From Thermomicrobiales bacterium (GTDB taxonomy: Bacteria > Chloroflexota > Chloroflexia > Thermomicrobiales > UBA6265), in assembly GCA_034431475.1 (NCBI GenBank), contig DAOUDE010000111.1, forward strand, positions 6,931 through 70,930: a DNA stretch of 64,000 nucleotides. The letters are read 5' to 3'. Both the position numbers and the translations under genes were made by a program. Positions 19,093 through 28,658 of this stretch are shown here, one piece after another (position 1 is the first letter of the stretch; each line of letters starts with the position of its first letter). Under the pieces are notes generated by a model, which saw only the letters and a list, made by a program, of their open reading frames with translations, ran no database searches and was not told where the DNA came from.

Positions 19093-20100
19093 CTAGGAAG
19101 CCGGGGTGGCCATGACCTGCTGGCTATCCGGCGTGCCGGTGCCCGCAACGTCAGCCTCGAAGGCCGTCATGTCCTCGGCGTAAACCTCGTCCGGCGAGGC
19201 CACGTAGCCGACTTCAGGCGCCAGCTCGGCGGCATTCTGCAGGTAGTAGCGCATGAACTCCTGGACCTCTGGGCGCTCCAGGGCAGTCGCGCCGACATAG
19301 ACGAACAGCGGGCGGGAGAGCGGCGCGTAGCTGCCGTCACGCACGGTGTCCTGCGACGGCGTCACGCACTCGCCGGTGCTGTTATCCACCGCGACGGCGT
19401 TCAGTGAATCCTGGTTGGCCTCGTAGTAGGCCAGGCCGAAGTACCCGAGCGCATTCACGTCGCCAGCAACGCCCGAGACCAGGACGTTGTCATCCTCGCT
19501 CGGGTTGAAGTCCTCGCGGATGTCGTCCTCGCCCAGGATCGTCTCGACGAAAAAGTCGAATGTGCCGGAGTCCGTGCCCGGGCCGTACAGGTTGACGGGG
19601 TCCGCCGGCCACTCCGGGTTCAGGTCAGCCCAGGTGGTCGCCGGGCTTTCCTTCTGCCAGAGCTGCTTGAGCTGATCCACCGTCAGGCAGGTCGCCCAGG
19701 TGTTCTCCTTGTTGGTGACGATGGTGATGCCGTCGTAGGCCACCTCGAACTCGTACCAATCCACGCCGTTCTCAGCGCAGGCGGCAGCCTCCTCATCCTT
19801 GATGGCGCGAGACGCGTTCTGCACGTCGATCTCGCCGTCGCAGAAGCGCTTGAAACCGCCACCGGTGCCGGAGATATCGACGCTGATCTGCACGTTCGGC
19901 GCAGACCCGATGAAGTCCTCGGCCACCGCCTGCGTCAGCGGGCCAACCGTCGAGGAACCGTCAGACGTGACGCTGCCAGTCAACGCACCCAGGTCCGTAT
20001 CCTGCGCCAGCGCGGGAGACCCACCCAGCATCAGGCTGCCGGCGAGCAGCATCGCTGCTGCGGCGCCGCGGCCTCGTGCTCCAAATCGCAGATTCCTCAC
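19093..20100 (-). CDS. pstS: PstS-family phosphate-binding protein
   Basis: DGSSTVGP, ISGTGGGFKRFC, VAYDGI, GPGTDSGTFDFF, YAPLSRPLFVYV; GTG start at 20100 with AAAGGGAG RBS. Confidence 0.95.
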   Translation of the reverse strand: MRNLRFGARGRGAAAAMLLAGSLMLGGSPALAQDTDLGALTGSVTSDGSSTVGPLTQAVAEDFIGSAPNVQISVDISGTGGGFKRFCDGEIDVQNASRAIKDEEAAACAENGVDWYEFEVAYDGITIVTNKENTWATCLTVDQLKQLWQKESPATTWADLNPEWPADPVNLYGPGTDSGTFDFFVETILGEDDIREDFNPSEDDNVLVSGVAGDVNALGYFGLAYYEANQDSLNAVAVDNSTGECVTPSQDTVRDGSYAPLSRPLFVYVGATALERPEVQEFMRYYLQNAAELAPEVGYVASPDEVYAEDMTAFEADVAGTGTPDSQQVMATPAS

Positions 20101-20192
20101 CTTCGCACTCCCTTTCTGGAGAGAATTCCAGCCGTCAAGCCCTCGCCCACGACCTTCCGCAACACCGGGTGTTTCCCCGGAATCGCCCATCT

Positions 20193-20987
20193 TCAAGCGA
20201 CCGCTCCCGGGTCGTAAGCGACGGCATCGTCGCGCTCAAGCACGAGCTGGTATCCCGCGCCGTACACCGTGCGGATCGCCACGCCACGCACGCCGGCATC
20301 CGCCAGCTTGCCGCGCAACCACGACACATGGACATCCACCGTGCGTTCGTCCACGATCACGTCCTCGCCCCAGTTCGCATCCAGCAGCGACTGGCGATCG
20401 AAGACCCGGCCCGGTTCCATGGCGAGCGTGACCAGCAACCCGAATTCCTTCGGGCGCAGCACCAACTCCTCATCCCGCACAAGCACCCGCCGCCGGTCGA
20501 TTTCGATCCGGAGCGAGCCACGGCGTAGCACCAGGGGCGGCTGCGCGGCGGGCATAGCGCTGCGGCGAGCACCCGCTCGCACCCGCGCCACCAGTTCCCG
20601 CAGCACAAACGGCTTGACGATGTAGTCATCCGCGCCGAGTTCCAGGCCGTCGATGCGGTCCTGCTCCTCGCCACGCGCAGAGAGCATCAGGATGGGGGTG
20701 CGCGTTTCTTTGCGCAGGGCGCGCAAGACCTGCATCCCGGAAATGCCCGGCAGCATCACGTCCAGGACGATCACGCCCAGGCGTGACAGTTCCTGGCGTG
20801 CGAGCTCCAGACCAGATTCGCCGGTCGCAGCGACGTGAACTCGAAACCCCTCCCGGGAGAGGGCATACGCCAGCGTCGAGCGCAGGACCGGATCGTCCTC
20901 AACGATCAGGACATGCGCTGCTTCCGCTGCATCAGGCAGGGGCGCTACCGGCGCCACAACACGAGAAGACCAGGCATCATTCATCAC
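20193..20987 (-). CDS. OmpR/PhoB-family response regulator (probable Pho regulator)
   Basis: VEDD, LDVMLPG, ILMLSAR, DDYIVKPF, winged-helix VDVHVSWLRGKL...IRTVYGAGY; immediately upstream of pstS. Confidence 0.9.
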   Translation of the reverse strand: MMNDAWSSRVVAPVAPLPDAAEAAHVLIVEDDPVLRSTLAYALSREGFRVHVAATGESGLELARQELSRLGVIVLDVMLPGISGMQVLRALRKETRTPILMLSARGEEQDRIDGLELGADDYIVKPFVLRELVARVRAGARRSAMPAAQPPLVLRRGSLRIEIDRRRVLVRDEELVLRPKEFGLLVTLAMEPGRVFDRQSLLDANWGEDVIVDERTVDVHVSWLRGKLADAGVRGVAIRTVYGAGYQLVLERDDAVAYDPGAVA

Positions 20988-21009
20988 GCAGCAACGGTAA
21001 ACCGGCGCG

Positions 21010-21037
21010 TGTTAACGGACGGAAATCGCTTTGTAAA
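21010..21037 (-). promoter_or_regulatory. Possible Pho-box-like direct repeats
   Basis: Minus-strand TTTACA (21032-37) and TTAACA (21010-15), 22 nt apart (2 x 11), upstream of the regulator. Confidence 0.3.
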
Positions 21038-21063
21038 ATCTCGGAAAGCGTTTGCGGCGCAAG

Positions 21064-22497
21064 TTACGGCAGGGGTGTTGCGCTCGGTGTGGCTCCAGGC
21101 GTGGCCAACGGGGTCGCGACCGGCGTTGCCACCGGAATGGCCGGCAAGGGCTCACCCTGGAGCAACGCAATGGCCGTGTCCAGTTGCAGGTCACGCTCGA
21201 TGTCTGGTACGAACGGGACGACGATGTCCGGCTGGATGCCGTCTTCCGGAATCGGCGTCTTGTTTGGCGTCAGCCACCGTGCAAACGTGATACGGGCGGA
21301 CGAGCCGTCGTCGAAGTCGTGGACGCGCTGCACCAGCCCCTTGCCAAAGGTTGGCTCGCCCACGAGCGTCCCACGGTCATAGTCGCGGATCGCTCCGGAG
21401 ACGATTTCAGCCGCACTGGCCGTGCCGCCGTCGGTGAGCACCACAAGCGGGGTGTCAAGAGTCTCTTCGCCGCCGCCCTCGATCGGCTCCGCCTCCAGGT
21501 CATCTTCCTGGTTCAGGTGCGCGTCCTGGTAGAGTGCCGGCCCTGCATCCGCCGGTACGAAGCGCCCAATCATTTCCTGGGCGCTGGTCACCCAGCCGCC
21601 CCCATTGCCACGCAAGTCCAGGATGATGCCGGAAACGCCATCCTCCCGCGCCCGCTTGAGGGCTGCGTCCAGTTCCTTCGTCGTGTTATCCCCGAAAATG
21701 GCGACGGTGACATGCGCCAGTGTGCCATCCGCGACCGTTTCATAGACCACAGCGGGGATGGTGATCGCCTCGCGGTTGACTTCCACCTCGAACGGCGCGG
21801 CTCCTTCGCGCTCGATGGTGAGCGTCACGGAGGTCCCGGCCGGGCCGCGAATGAGCGACATCGCTGCGTCGTTTTCCAGGCCCTCCAGCTTCGTGCCGTC
21901 GGCGGCGACGATGACATCAGCGGGCCGCAACCCGGCGCGGTCGGCGGGCGATCCGGCAATTGGGGAGACGATGGTAAAGCGGCCTTCCGGATGCTCCACC
22001 CACACGCCGATGCCCTCGTACTCGCCAGCCAGTTCCTCCCGCAGCGGCGCGCCTTCGAGCGGCTCCAGGAAGACCGTGTAGTCATCGGGCATGGCCGCCA
22101 TCATGCCCTGGGCCGCGCCGTAGTCCAGCTCCTGCTGATACTCGGCCAGCGTGGCCGCCGGAGTTGCGGCGGCAATTGCCATGCCCTGCATGGCGGCCTG
22201 ATCCGCGTCGGCCCAGAAGGTGGCCTGCGCCTCAGGCGAGGCCGGGATAAAGAAGTACTCGTTTTCCAGCAGGGAGCGGACTTCCGCCTGGCGCGGGAAC
22301 GCGGCATCAGTCGAGGCGGCGTCGTCACGATCCGCGCCGCGCAATGCCCCGGTGGACAGGAACTCGCGCTCGGCGATGATGCCGCCGGCGAAACTGACTA
22401 CGGCGATGAGCGCCAGGACGGAACCAACGAGTAACGCCGGCCAGACCCAGGAGCGCTGCGGCGATGTGTCCGATTCTTCAGGCACTAGCGCGCCCAC
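21064..22497 (-). CDS. S41A carboxy-terminal processing protease (CtpA-like)
   Basis: N-terminal TM, PDZ (GSPADRAGLRPAD), LDLRGNGGG, TASAAEIVSG, TFGKGLVQ; C-terminal ATPx repeats. Confidence 0.93.
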   Translation of the reverse strand: MGALVPEESDTSPQRSWVWPALLVGSVLALIAVVSFAGGIIAEREFLSTGALRGADRDDAASTDAAFPRQAEVRSLLENEYFFIPASPEAQATFWADADQAAMQGMAIAAATPAATLAEYQQELDYGAAQGMMAAMPDDYTVFLEPLEGAPLREELAGEYEGIGVWVEHPEGRFTIVSPIAGSPADRAGLRPADVIVAADGTKLEGLENDAAMSLIRGPAGTSVTLTIEREGAAPFEVEVNREAITIPAVVYETVADGTLAHVTVAIFGDNTTKELDAALKRAREDGVSGIILDLRGNGGGWVTSAQEMIGRFVPADAGPALYQDAHLNQEDDLEAEPIEGGGEETLDTPLVVLTDGGTASAAEIVSGAIRDYDRGTLVGEPTFGKGLVQRVHDFDDGSSARITFARWLTPNKTPIPEDGIQPDIVVPFVPDIERDLQLDTAIALLQGEPLPAIPVATPVATPLATPGATPSATPLP

Positions 22498-22564
22498 GTG
22501 ACCCCCTGGCAGCCGCTACGGGCCGCCGGGCGCACGTGGGCGCGGCAGAGGCTTCCGCACACAG

Positions 22565-23860
22565 CTATGGGTAAATGCCCCGCACGCGGGTGAACTCGGC
22601 CACGCGGTCGATAGCGCGCACAAGGGCTGCCGTTCGCATGTGGACGTCGTGCTGTACGGCAGTCTCGTGCACCGCCCTGAAGGAGCGGCCCATGATGCGG
22701 CGCAGCCGCTCGTTGACCTCGTGCTCCGTCCACGGAAATGCCTGCAGCGCCTGGACCCACTCGAAGTAGGACACGGTCACGCCGCCAGCATTGGCCAGGA
22801 TATCCGGAATGATGAAGACGCCCCGGTCGTGCAGGATTTCATCGGCTTCGGGCAGGGTTGGGCCGTTTGCCGCCTCCGCGATCAGGCGAGCCTGGATCTG
22901 GCCGGCGTTCTGGCCGGTGATCTGGTGTTCCATGGCCGCCGGGATCAGGATGTCGCAGGGGAGCACCAGCAATTCGTCGTTGGTGACCGCTTCCGCCTCG
23001 CGGAACCCGACCACTGTGCCGGTGCGCTGCTTGTGCGCAGCCACCGCGGACAGGTCAAGACCGTTCGGGTTGTAAATGCCGCCGCGCGAATCGCTGACCC
23101 CGACCACCGTCGAGCCCAGTTCATCCATGAGCCGCGCCGAGACGGAACCGGCGTTGCCGAACCCCTGCACGACCGTCTTTGACTTGCCAATGTCCAGCGA
23201 AAGCACGCGCGCCGCGTCTTCGATCGCGTAGACACAGCCGCGCCCGGTGGCCTCGCCGCGCCCCTCGGAGCCGCCCAGCACGATGGGCTTGCCGGTGACC
23301 ACGCCGGGCACGGAGTACCCGACATTCATGGAGTAGGTATCCATGAGCCAGGCCATGATCTGCGGATTCGTGTTCACATCCGGGGCCGGAATGTCCTTGT
23401 TCGGCCCGATGATCGGCTGCAGTTCCGTGGTGTAGCGGCGGGTCAGGTTCTGCAACTCTGTCTGGGAGAGCAGCTTTGGGTTCACCGCCACGCCGCCTTT
23501 GGCGCCCCCAAACGGCAGGCCCACGACGGCGCACTTCCAGGTCATCCACATGGCCAGGGCTTTCACCTCAGCCAGCGTCACGCTCTGGTGGTAGCGGATA
23601 CCGCCCTTGGTGGGACCAGGCACCGTGTTGTGCTGAACGCGGTAGCCGGTGAAGACTTCCACCGAGCCATCGTCCATTTCCACAGGGAAGTGCACGGTCA
23701 TCTCGCGCTGGCAGTGGCGCAGAATTTTCCGCATGTCATCATCGAGGCCGAGCACGTCGGCCGCGATATCGAACTGCTCGACCGCGACGTCGAAGAGATC
23801 CTGCTGGTGGACCGGTTCGAACGTCGCCGTCGCTGCGGAGCCTGAAGTAAGTGTGTCCAC
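22565..23860 (-). CDS. gdhA: Glu/Leu/Phe/Val dehydrogenase (glutamate dehydrogenase)
   Basis: GPTKGGIRY, MTWKCAVVGLPFGGAKGG, DIPAPDVNT, VQGFGNAG, NAGGVTVSYFEW; GTG start with GGAGGGAGG RBS. Confidence 0.93.
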   Translation of the reverse strand: MDTLTSGSAATATFEPVHQQDLFDVAVEQFDIAADVLGLDDDMRKILRHCQREMTVHFPVEMDDGSVEVFTGYRVQHNTVPGPTKGGIRYHQSVTLAEVKALAMWMTWKCAVVGLPFGGAKGGVAVNPKLLSQTELQNLTRRYTTELQPIIGPNKDIPAPDVNTNPQIMAWLMDTYSMNVGYSVPGVVTGKPIVLGGSEGRGEATGRGCVYAIEDAARVLSLDIGKSKTVVQGFGNAGSVSARLMDELGSTVVGVSDSRGGIYNPNGLDLSAVAAHKQRTGTVVGFREAEAVTNDELLVLPCDILIPAAMEHQITGQNAGQIQARLIAEAANGPTLPEADEILHDRGVFIIPDILANAGGVTVSYFEWVQALQAFPWTEHEVNERLRRIMGRSFRAVHETAVQHDVHMRTAALVRAIDRVAEFTRVRGIYP

Positions 23861-23948
23861 GAAGTTTCCTCCCTCCCGGAAGGCGCGCCCCTGCGCCGCC
23901 TGGCGGGTCTCATGCGTACCCGAGCAACGTTGCGCAGGCATTGCGGGT

Positions 23949-25430
23949 TCAGTTCCCATTGAGCTCAGCTTCCAGGATGCGCCGCACCTGATCAGGATTG
24001 GCGCGGCCACCCGTGCGCTTGATCGTTTCGCCGATCAGGCGGCCAATCGCGGCCTTTTTGCCGCTCTGGTAGTCTGCCACCGCGGCCGGAAACGCCTCCA
24101 GCGTGGCGCGGGCAGCCTCGATCACTGACCCCTCGTCGTTCAGCGCGAGCAGATTGAGCCGCGCGGCAGCCGCCCGTGGCATTTCGCCCTCGGCGATCTG
24201 CGGCAGCAGTTCCTTCGCGGCGCGACCGGTCAGGGCGCCCTCGTCCAGCGCATCCAGCAGGTCGCGCAGTTGGTCAACGGTCAGCGGCAATTCGCTCACC
24301 GGCAAGCCCTGCATCCGCTGCAAGGCCATCAGATCGTTCAGGATCCAGTTGGCCGCCGCCTTGGCGCGGTCAGGACTCCCGCCATCAACAACCGCGTCGA
24401 AGAAGTCCGCCGTGTCGCGCTCGGTCGTTAGCAGGTCCGCATCCGCCGTGCCCAGGCCGTAGGTCTTGAGCAGGCGCTCGCGCCGCTCGACCGGGAGAGC
24501 CGGCAGCCGCTCGCGCACGCTCGCCACCATTTCGGGCGAAATCGCCAGCGGCGGCAAATCTGGTTCCGGGAAGTACCGATAGTCGTGAGCCTGTTCCTTG
24601 GTGCGCTGCGAGACCGTGATACCCCGGTCCTCGATCCAGCCGCGCGTTTCCTGCTCGATTGGCAGGCCCCCCTGGATGCGCTGCAACTGCCGCTCCTGCT
24701 CGAAGCGAAGCGCGCGCTCCACGGCGCGGAAGGAGTTCATGTTCTTGACTTCGACCTTGGAGCCGAGAGGATCGCCCACCTTGCGCACGCTGATGTTGGC
24801 GTCGCAGCGGAACGCGCCCTCTTCCATGTTCCCAGTCGAAACGCCGATGTAGCGCAGGATCTGGCGCAGAGCGATCAGGTAGTCGCGCGCCTCTTCGGCA
24901 GAGCGCAGATCCGGCTCCCCAACGATCTCCATCAGGGGCACACCCGAGCGGTTGAGATCGACCAGGCTGATCTGAGCGCCCATGGCATCGACCTGGTGCA
25001 CCAGCCGCCCGGTGTCTTCTTCGATGTGGACGCGCGTGATGCCCGCGCGCCGGGTTTCGCCACCGGAGATGAACTCCAGCGTGCCGTTGATGCAGAGCGG
25101 CAGGTCGTACTGCGAGATCTGGTACCCCTTCGGCAGGTCGGGATAGACGTAGTTCTTGCGGTCCATCTTGCAGTGCGGCGGAATCTCGCAGTTCAGCGCG
25201 ATTCCGGTCAGCATCGCTGCTTCCACGGCCGCACGGTTCATCACCGGCAGCGCGCCGGGGAAGCCGCCACACACGAAGCAGACATGCGTATTCGGCTCGG
25301 CGTCCGCATAGCGTGCCGAGCACCCGCAGTACATCTTGGATTGTGTCAGAAGCTGAGCGTGTACCTCGAGACCAATGACGATCTCGTAGCCGGTTGCGGT
25401 CTGCTCAAGGACTGGTGCGCTGGTGGCCAA
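23949..25430 (-). CDS. gatB: Asp-tRNA(Asn)/Glu-tRNA(Gln) amidotransferase subunit B
   Basis: IGLEVHAQL, RKNYVYPDLPKGYQISQ, DLNRSGVPLMEIV, EVKNMNSF, YRYFPEPDLPP. Confidence 0.97.
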   Translation of the reverse strand: MATSAPVLEQTATGYEIVIGLEVHAQLLTQSKMYCGCSARYADAEPNTHVCFVCGGFPGALPVMNRAAVEAAMLTGIALNCEIPPHCKMDRKNYVYPDLPKGYQISQYDLPLCINGTLEFISGGETRRAGITRVHIEEDTGRLVHQVDAMGAQISLVDLNRSGVPLMEIVGEPDLRSAEEARDYLIALRQILRYIGVSTGNMEEGAFRCDANISVRKVGDPLGSKVEVKNMNSFRAVERALRFEQERQLQRIQGGLPIEQETRGWIEDRGITVSQRTKEQAHDYRYFPEPDLPPLAISPEMVASVRERLPALPVERRERLLKTYGLGTADADLLTTERDTADFFDAVVDGGSPDRAKAAANWILNDLMALQRMQGLPVSELPLTVDQLRDLLDALDEGALTGRAAKELLPQIAEGEMPRAAAARLNLLALNDEGSVIEAARATLEAFPAAVADYQSGKKAAIGRLIGETIKRTGGRANPDQVRRILEAELNGN

Positions 25431-25627
25431 GTGTCTCCCCGTCTGCTCGGGCCGGAGCCTTGCGAACGGCCGGGAAGTCTACCACCACCCGCGGGCGCTT
25501 CCCGGCGTGCTGCGGCGGAATCGCCCAGGTTGCGTGGTAAACTTGCGGCTGCTTGACTGGCTCACTTGCGGTTCCCGGTGCGCCCGCACGCGGGGCGCGA
25601 ATTCCGGCTGGAGCTGAAACACAACCA

Positions 25628-28054
25628 ATGGTTACCGCGACACGTTCTGACGTCAAAATGGTCACCGGCACCATCAACGGGCAGGAGGTGACCGTTCCCG
25701 CCGGAACTGTCATCCTCGAGGCGGCCCGTATGGCAGGCATCGAGGTCCCGAACCTCTGCTTCCAGCCCATGATGCGCGCCTGGGGCTCGTGCCGTATCTG
25801 CACGGTCGAGATTCTCGGCAAGCGGGGTGGCCTGATCGAGTCGTGCGCTACGCCGCTCGGCGAGGGCATGGAGGTGCTGACGCACTCTCCCTCCGTGATG
25901 GAGGCGCGCCAGTTCATCCTGCAGATGTACCTCATCGACCACGCGCTGGATTGCCCGACGTGCGACAAGTCGGGCGAGTGCTACCTGCAGGACAACACCT
26001 ACCTGCACAACATTCACGCCAACCCGTACCGGCGGCCCAAGTTCGCCCAGCCCTACACCCACTTCAGCGAGCTGATCGACTACAAGTGGGACCGCTGCAT
26101 CATGTGCAACCGCTGCACGCGCGTTTGCGACGAGATGATCGGTGTGATCGCGATCGAGAGCGCCAACCGCGCGCTGGAAGCAACCATCACGCCGGCCTAC
26201 GGCGAGGATCTCACGGACACCAACTGCACCTCCTGCGGCATGTGTATCGCGGTTTGCCCGGTCGGCGCACTCACCGACCGCCACTTCGGCATGCACCCCT
26301 GGGAGCTGGATACCACCGAGACGATCTGCGGGTTCTGCGACGGTGGCTGCACGATCAACGCGGAATCCAACCGTGGCATCGTCCGCCGGGCCACGAACCT
26401 GTGGGAGCGCGGCGTCAACCACGGCTACCTCTGCGAGAAAGGCAAGTGGGGCCACGAGCAGGTGCAGAGCGCCTCCCGCCTCTTCTACCCCATCCTGCGC
26501 CAGCCGCAGCGCGACGGCACGGTCTTTGCCCACGAAGCGACCTGGGATGAAGCGATCGAGTTCCTGGCAGACAACCTGCAGCACTACCAGGGTGACCAGT
26601 TCGCCTTCCTGGCCACGCCAGACGCCACGAACGAGGAGACCTACGTCTCCCAGCAGTTCACGCGCGCGGTCATGGCCAGCCCAAACATCGACCGCCTGCT
26701 CGATGCGCAGCAGGCCGCCGTGGGCGATGCCACCCGCCGCAGCCTCGGCGTGGACACCGGCAACACGAATAACGTCCAGGAACTGCTCACGGATGTGAAG
26801 GCGGGCATGGTCATCGGCCCGAACCTCGGGGCGACCGCGCCGGTTACCTCGTACTGGTTCTATCACTCGATCCTTTACCGCGAGGCGAAGTACGTCGTTA
26901 TCAGCCTGGATGACTACCCGCTGGGTGAGCGCAGCGCGCTCTACCTGAAGCCGAAGCCCGGTTCAACCGCAACGCTCTTGAACGGCATTGCTCGCGAAAT
27001 CCTGGAATCCGGCCTGGGTAGCCCCAACCTGGAAGGCCAGGCGCAGATTGGCTTCCGCCAATCACTTGCCTCCTATGATCTGGAGAGCGTGGCGGAGGCC
27101 ACCGGCATCTCGGCAGCCCAGATCAAGCGCGCCGCCACGATCTACGCGACCGGCGGCGCTGGCGCAAACGCGGACAACACCTACCCACCGGCCCTGATCT
27201 ACCAGACGGTGGCGCATCAGAAGAGCGCCAGCGAGTACGGCGACCCGGCCGACGTCACGGCTGCCTGCGTCAACCTGGCCATCATCACCGGCAACCTGGG
27301 CCGCCCCGGCGGGGGTGTGGCGAGTCCCCGCGGCGGCGCCAATACCCAGGGCGCGCTGGAAATGGGCGCGCACCCGGCGCAACTCCCGGGTGGATTCGAT
27401 GTGGCAGACATTTCCAACCGCCAGAAGTTCGAGGCCGTCTGGATGCCGCGCTGGGGCGCGGAGGCCACCACCAGCAACGGTTTCCGCCCGGTGCGCGCGC
27501 TGCCGGGCAACGCCGGGCTGACGCTGGCTGAATTGCCGGCGGCGATTGAGGCGGGCAAGGTCAAGGCGATGGTCATCGGCAACTCGATTGCCGGCCGCTT
27601 CGACGCGGTCAACCCGGACCTGATGGAAGCCCTGCCGCGCCTGGAGTTCCTGGCCGTCTTCGATGCCTACGCGGACACGCCGCTTGGTAAGCTGGCGCAC
27701 GCCATCCTGCCGCTGGCCATGTCCCTGGAGAAGGACGGCACCTTCACATCCTATGACCGCACCGTCCAGCGCCTGCGCACGGCCGTGCCGCCGATGGGAG
27801 AAGCGAAGACGATCACCGATGTCCTCTCCCGGCTTTCCCGCCGCATGGGCTACGCCATGACCTACCGCAATTCGGCGCACATCATGGATGAGATCGCGCG
27901 GCTTGCACCCGGCTATGGCGGCATCACCTACGCGCGCCTGGAACGCAACGGCGTGAACGCGCCGACCATGTCGTACTCCGACGCGGGTACGCCAATCCTT
28001 GAGCCGGGATCGATCCTGAAGCCACAGTTGGTCAGCACGAACGGATCGCGCTAG
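25628..28054 (+). CDS. NuoG/FdhF-like multi-Fe-S protein with a molybdopterin-oxidoreductase fold, Mo ligand absent
   Basis: [2Fe-2S] CF...SCRIC...SC; HALDCPTCDKSGEC; CIMCNRCTRVC and CTSCGMCIAVCP; CGFCDGGC...LCEKG; FdhF-like core with QQ at the Sec/Cys-His site. Confidence 0.85.
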   Translation: MVTATRSDVKMVTGTINGQEVTVPAGTVILEAARMAGIEVPNLCFQPMMRAWGSCRICTVEILGKRGGLIESCATPLGEGMEVLTHSPSVMEARQFILQMYLIDHALDCPTCDKSGECYLQDNTYLHNIHANPYRRPKFAQPYTHFSELIDYKWDRCIMCNRCTRVCDEMIGVIAIESANRALEATITPAYGEDLTDTNCTSCGMCIAVCPVGALTDRHFGMHPWELDTTETICGFCDGGCTINAESNRGIVRRATNLWERGVNHGYLCEKGKWGHEQVQSASRLFYPILRQPQRDGTVFAHEATWDEAIEFLADNLQHYQGDQFAFLATPDATNEETYVSQQFTRAVMASPNIDRLLDAQQAAVGDATRRSLGVDTGNTNNVQELLTDVKAGMVIGPNLGATAPVTSYWFYHSILYREAKYVVISLDDYPLGERSALYLKPKPGSTATLLNGIAREILESGLGSPNLEGQAQIGFRQSLASYDLESVAEATGISAAQIKRAATIYATGGAGANADNTYPPALIYQTVAHQKSASEYGDPADVTAACVNLAIITGNLGRPGGGVASPRGGANTQGALEMGAHPAQLPGGFDVADISNRQKFEAVWMPRWGAEATTSNGFRPVRALPGNAGLTLAELPAAIEAGKVKAMVIGNSIAGRFDAVNPDLMEALPRLEFLAVFDAYADTPLGKLAHAILPLAMSLEKDGTFTSYDRTVQRLRTAVPPMGEAKTITDVLSRLSRRMGYAMTYRNSAHIMDEIARLAPGYGGITYARLERNGVNAPTMSYSDAGTPILEPGSILKPQLVSTNGSR

Positions 28055-28073
28055 ATCAGCGGAGAACGCCACG

Positions 28074-28604
28074 ATGTTCGATGAAATCAAGGGTTTCCAG
28101 GTCACGTTCATGCGGTTGTTCCGCCCGAACGTGACCATCAACTACCCGGAAGAGAAGCGGCACATGTCGCCGCGCTTCCGGGGCCTGCCCTCCCTGCGCA
28201 CCGACCCGGAGACCGGGGAAGCGCTGTGTGTGGCCTGTGGCCTTTGCGCACGCATCTGCCCGACCTCCTGCCTGGAAATGCACGTCGTCCCCTCAGAAGA
28301 GGGCGACCGCGAGCTGGGCGAGTTCATCCTGCGCGCGGGCCGTTGCATGTTCTGCGGCCTCTGCTCCCAGGTGTGCCCGGTCGATGCCATCACCATGAGC
28401 CACGAGTACGAACTCTCCGTGATGGACCGCGACGGCCTGATCTACACCAAGACGGAGCTGGGCTCCATCGGCGGCCAGCGGCCCAACTGGTGGGAAAGCG
28501 GTTCGGGCGAGTTCACCGGCACTGCCGATGCCTGGGCCGGCACCCGCGACGGCAAGAACCTGCTTGGCCCCGGTGTCTACGGCTCGGGCGTCTCCAAATC
28601 ATAA
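28074..28604 (+). CDS. nuoI: NuoI-like 2x[4Fe-4S] subunit
   Basis: VTINYPEEK...RFRG, CVACGLCARICP, CMFCGLCSQVCPVDAI. Confidence 0.9.
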   Translation: MFDEIKGFQVTFMRLFRPNVTINYPEEKRHMSPRFRGLPSLRTDPETGEALCVACGLCARICPTSCLEMHVVPSEEGDRELGEFILRAGRCMFCGLCSQVCPVDAITMSHEYELSVMDRDGLIYTKTELGSIGGQRPNWWESGSGEFTGTADAWAGTRDGKNLLGPGVYGSGVSKS

Positions 28605-28658
28605 ATAGGCGCATTCCCGCTGACCGCGTCACAACGTGTGATACGAAAGGACAACCCC

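Noticed and set aside
25628-28054. Active formate dehydrogenase alpha subunit
   Set aside because: The Mo/W-ligating Cys/Sec and adjacent His are replaced by Gln-Gln, the C-terminal cofactor domain seems absent, and no fdhD or partner subunits are nearby
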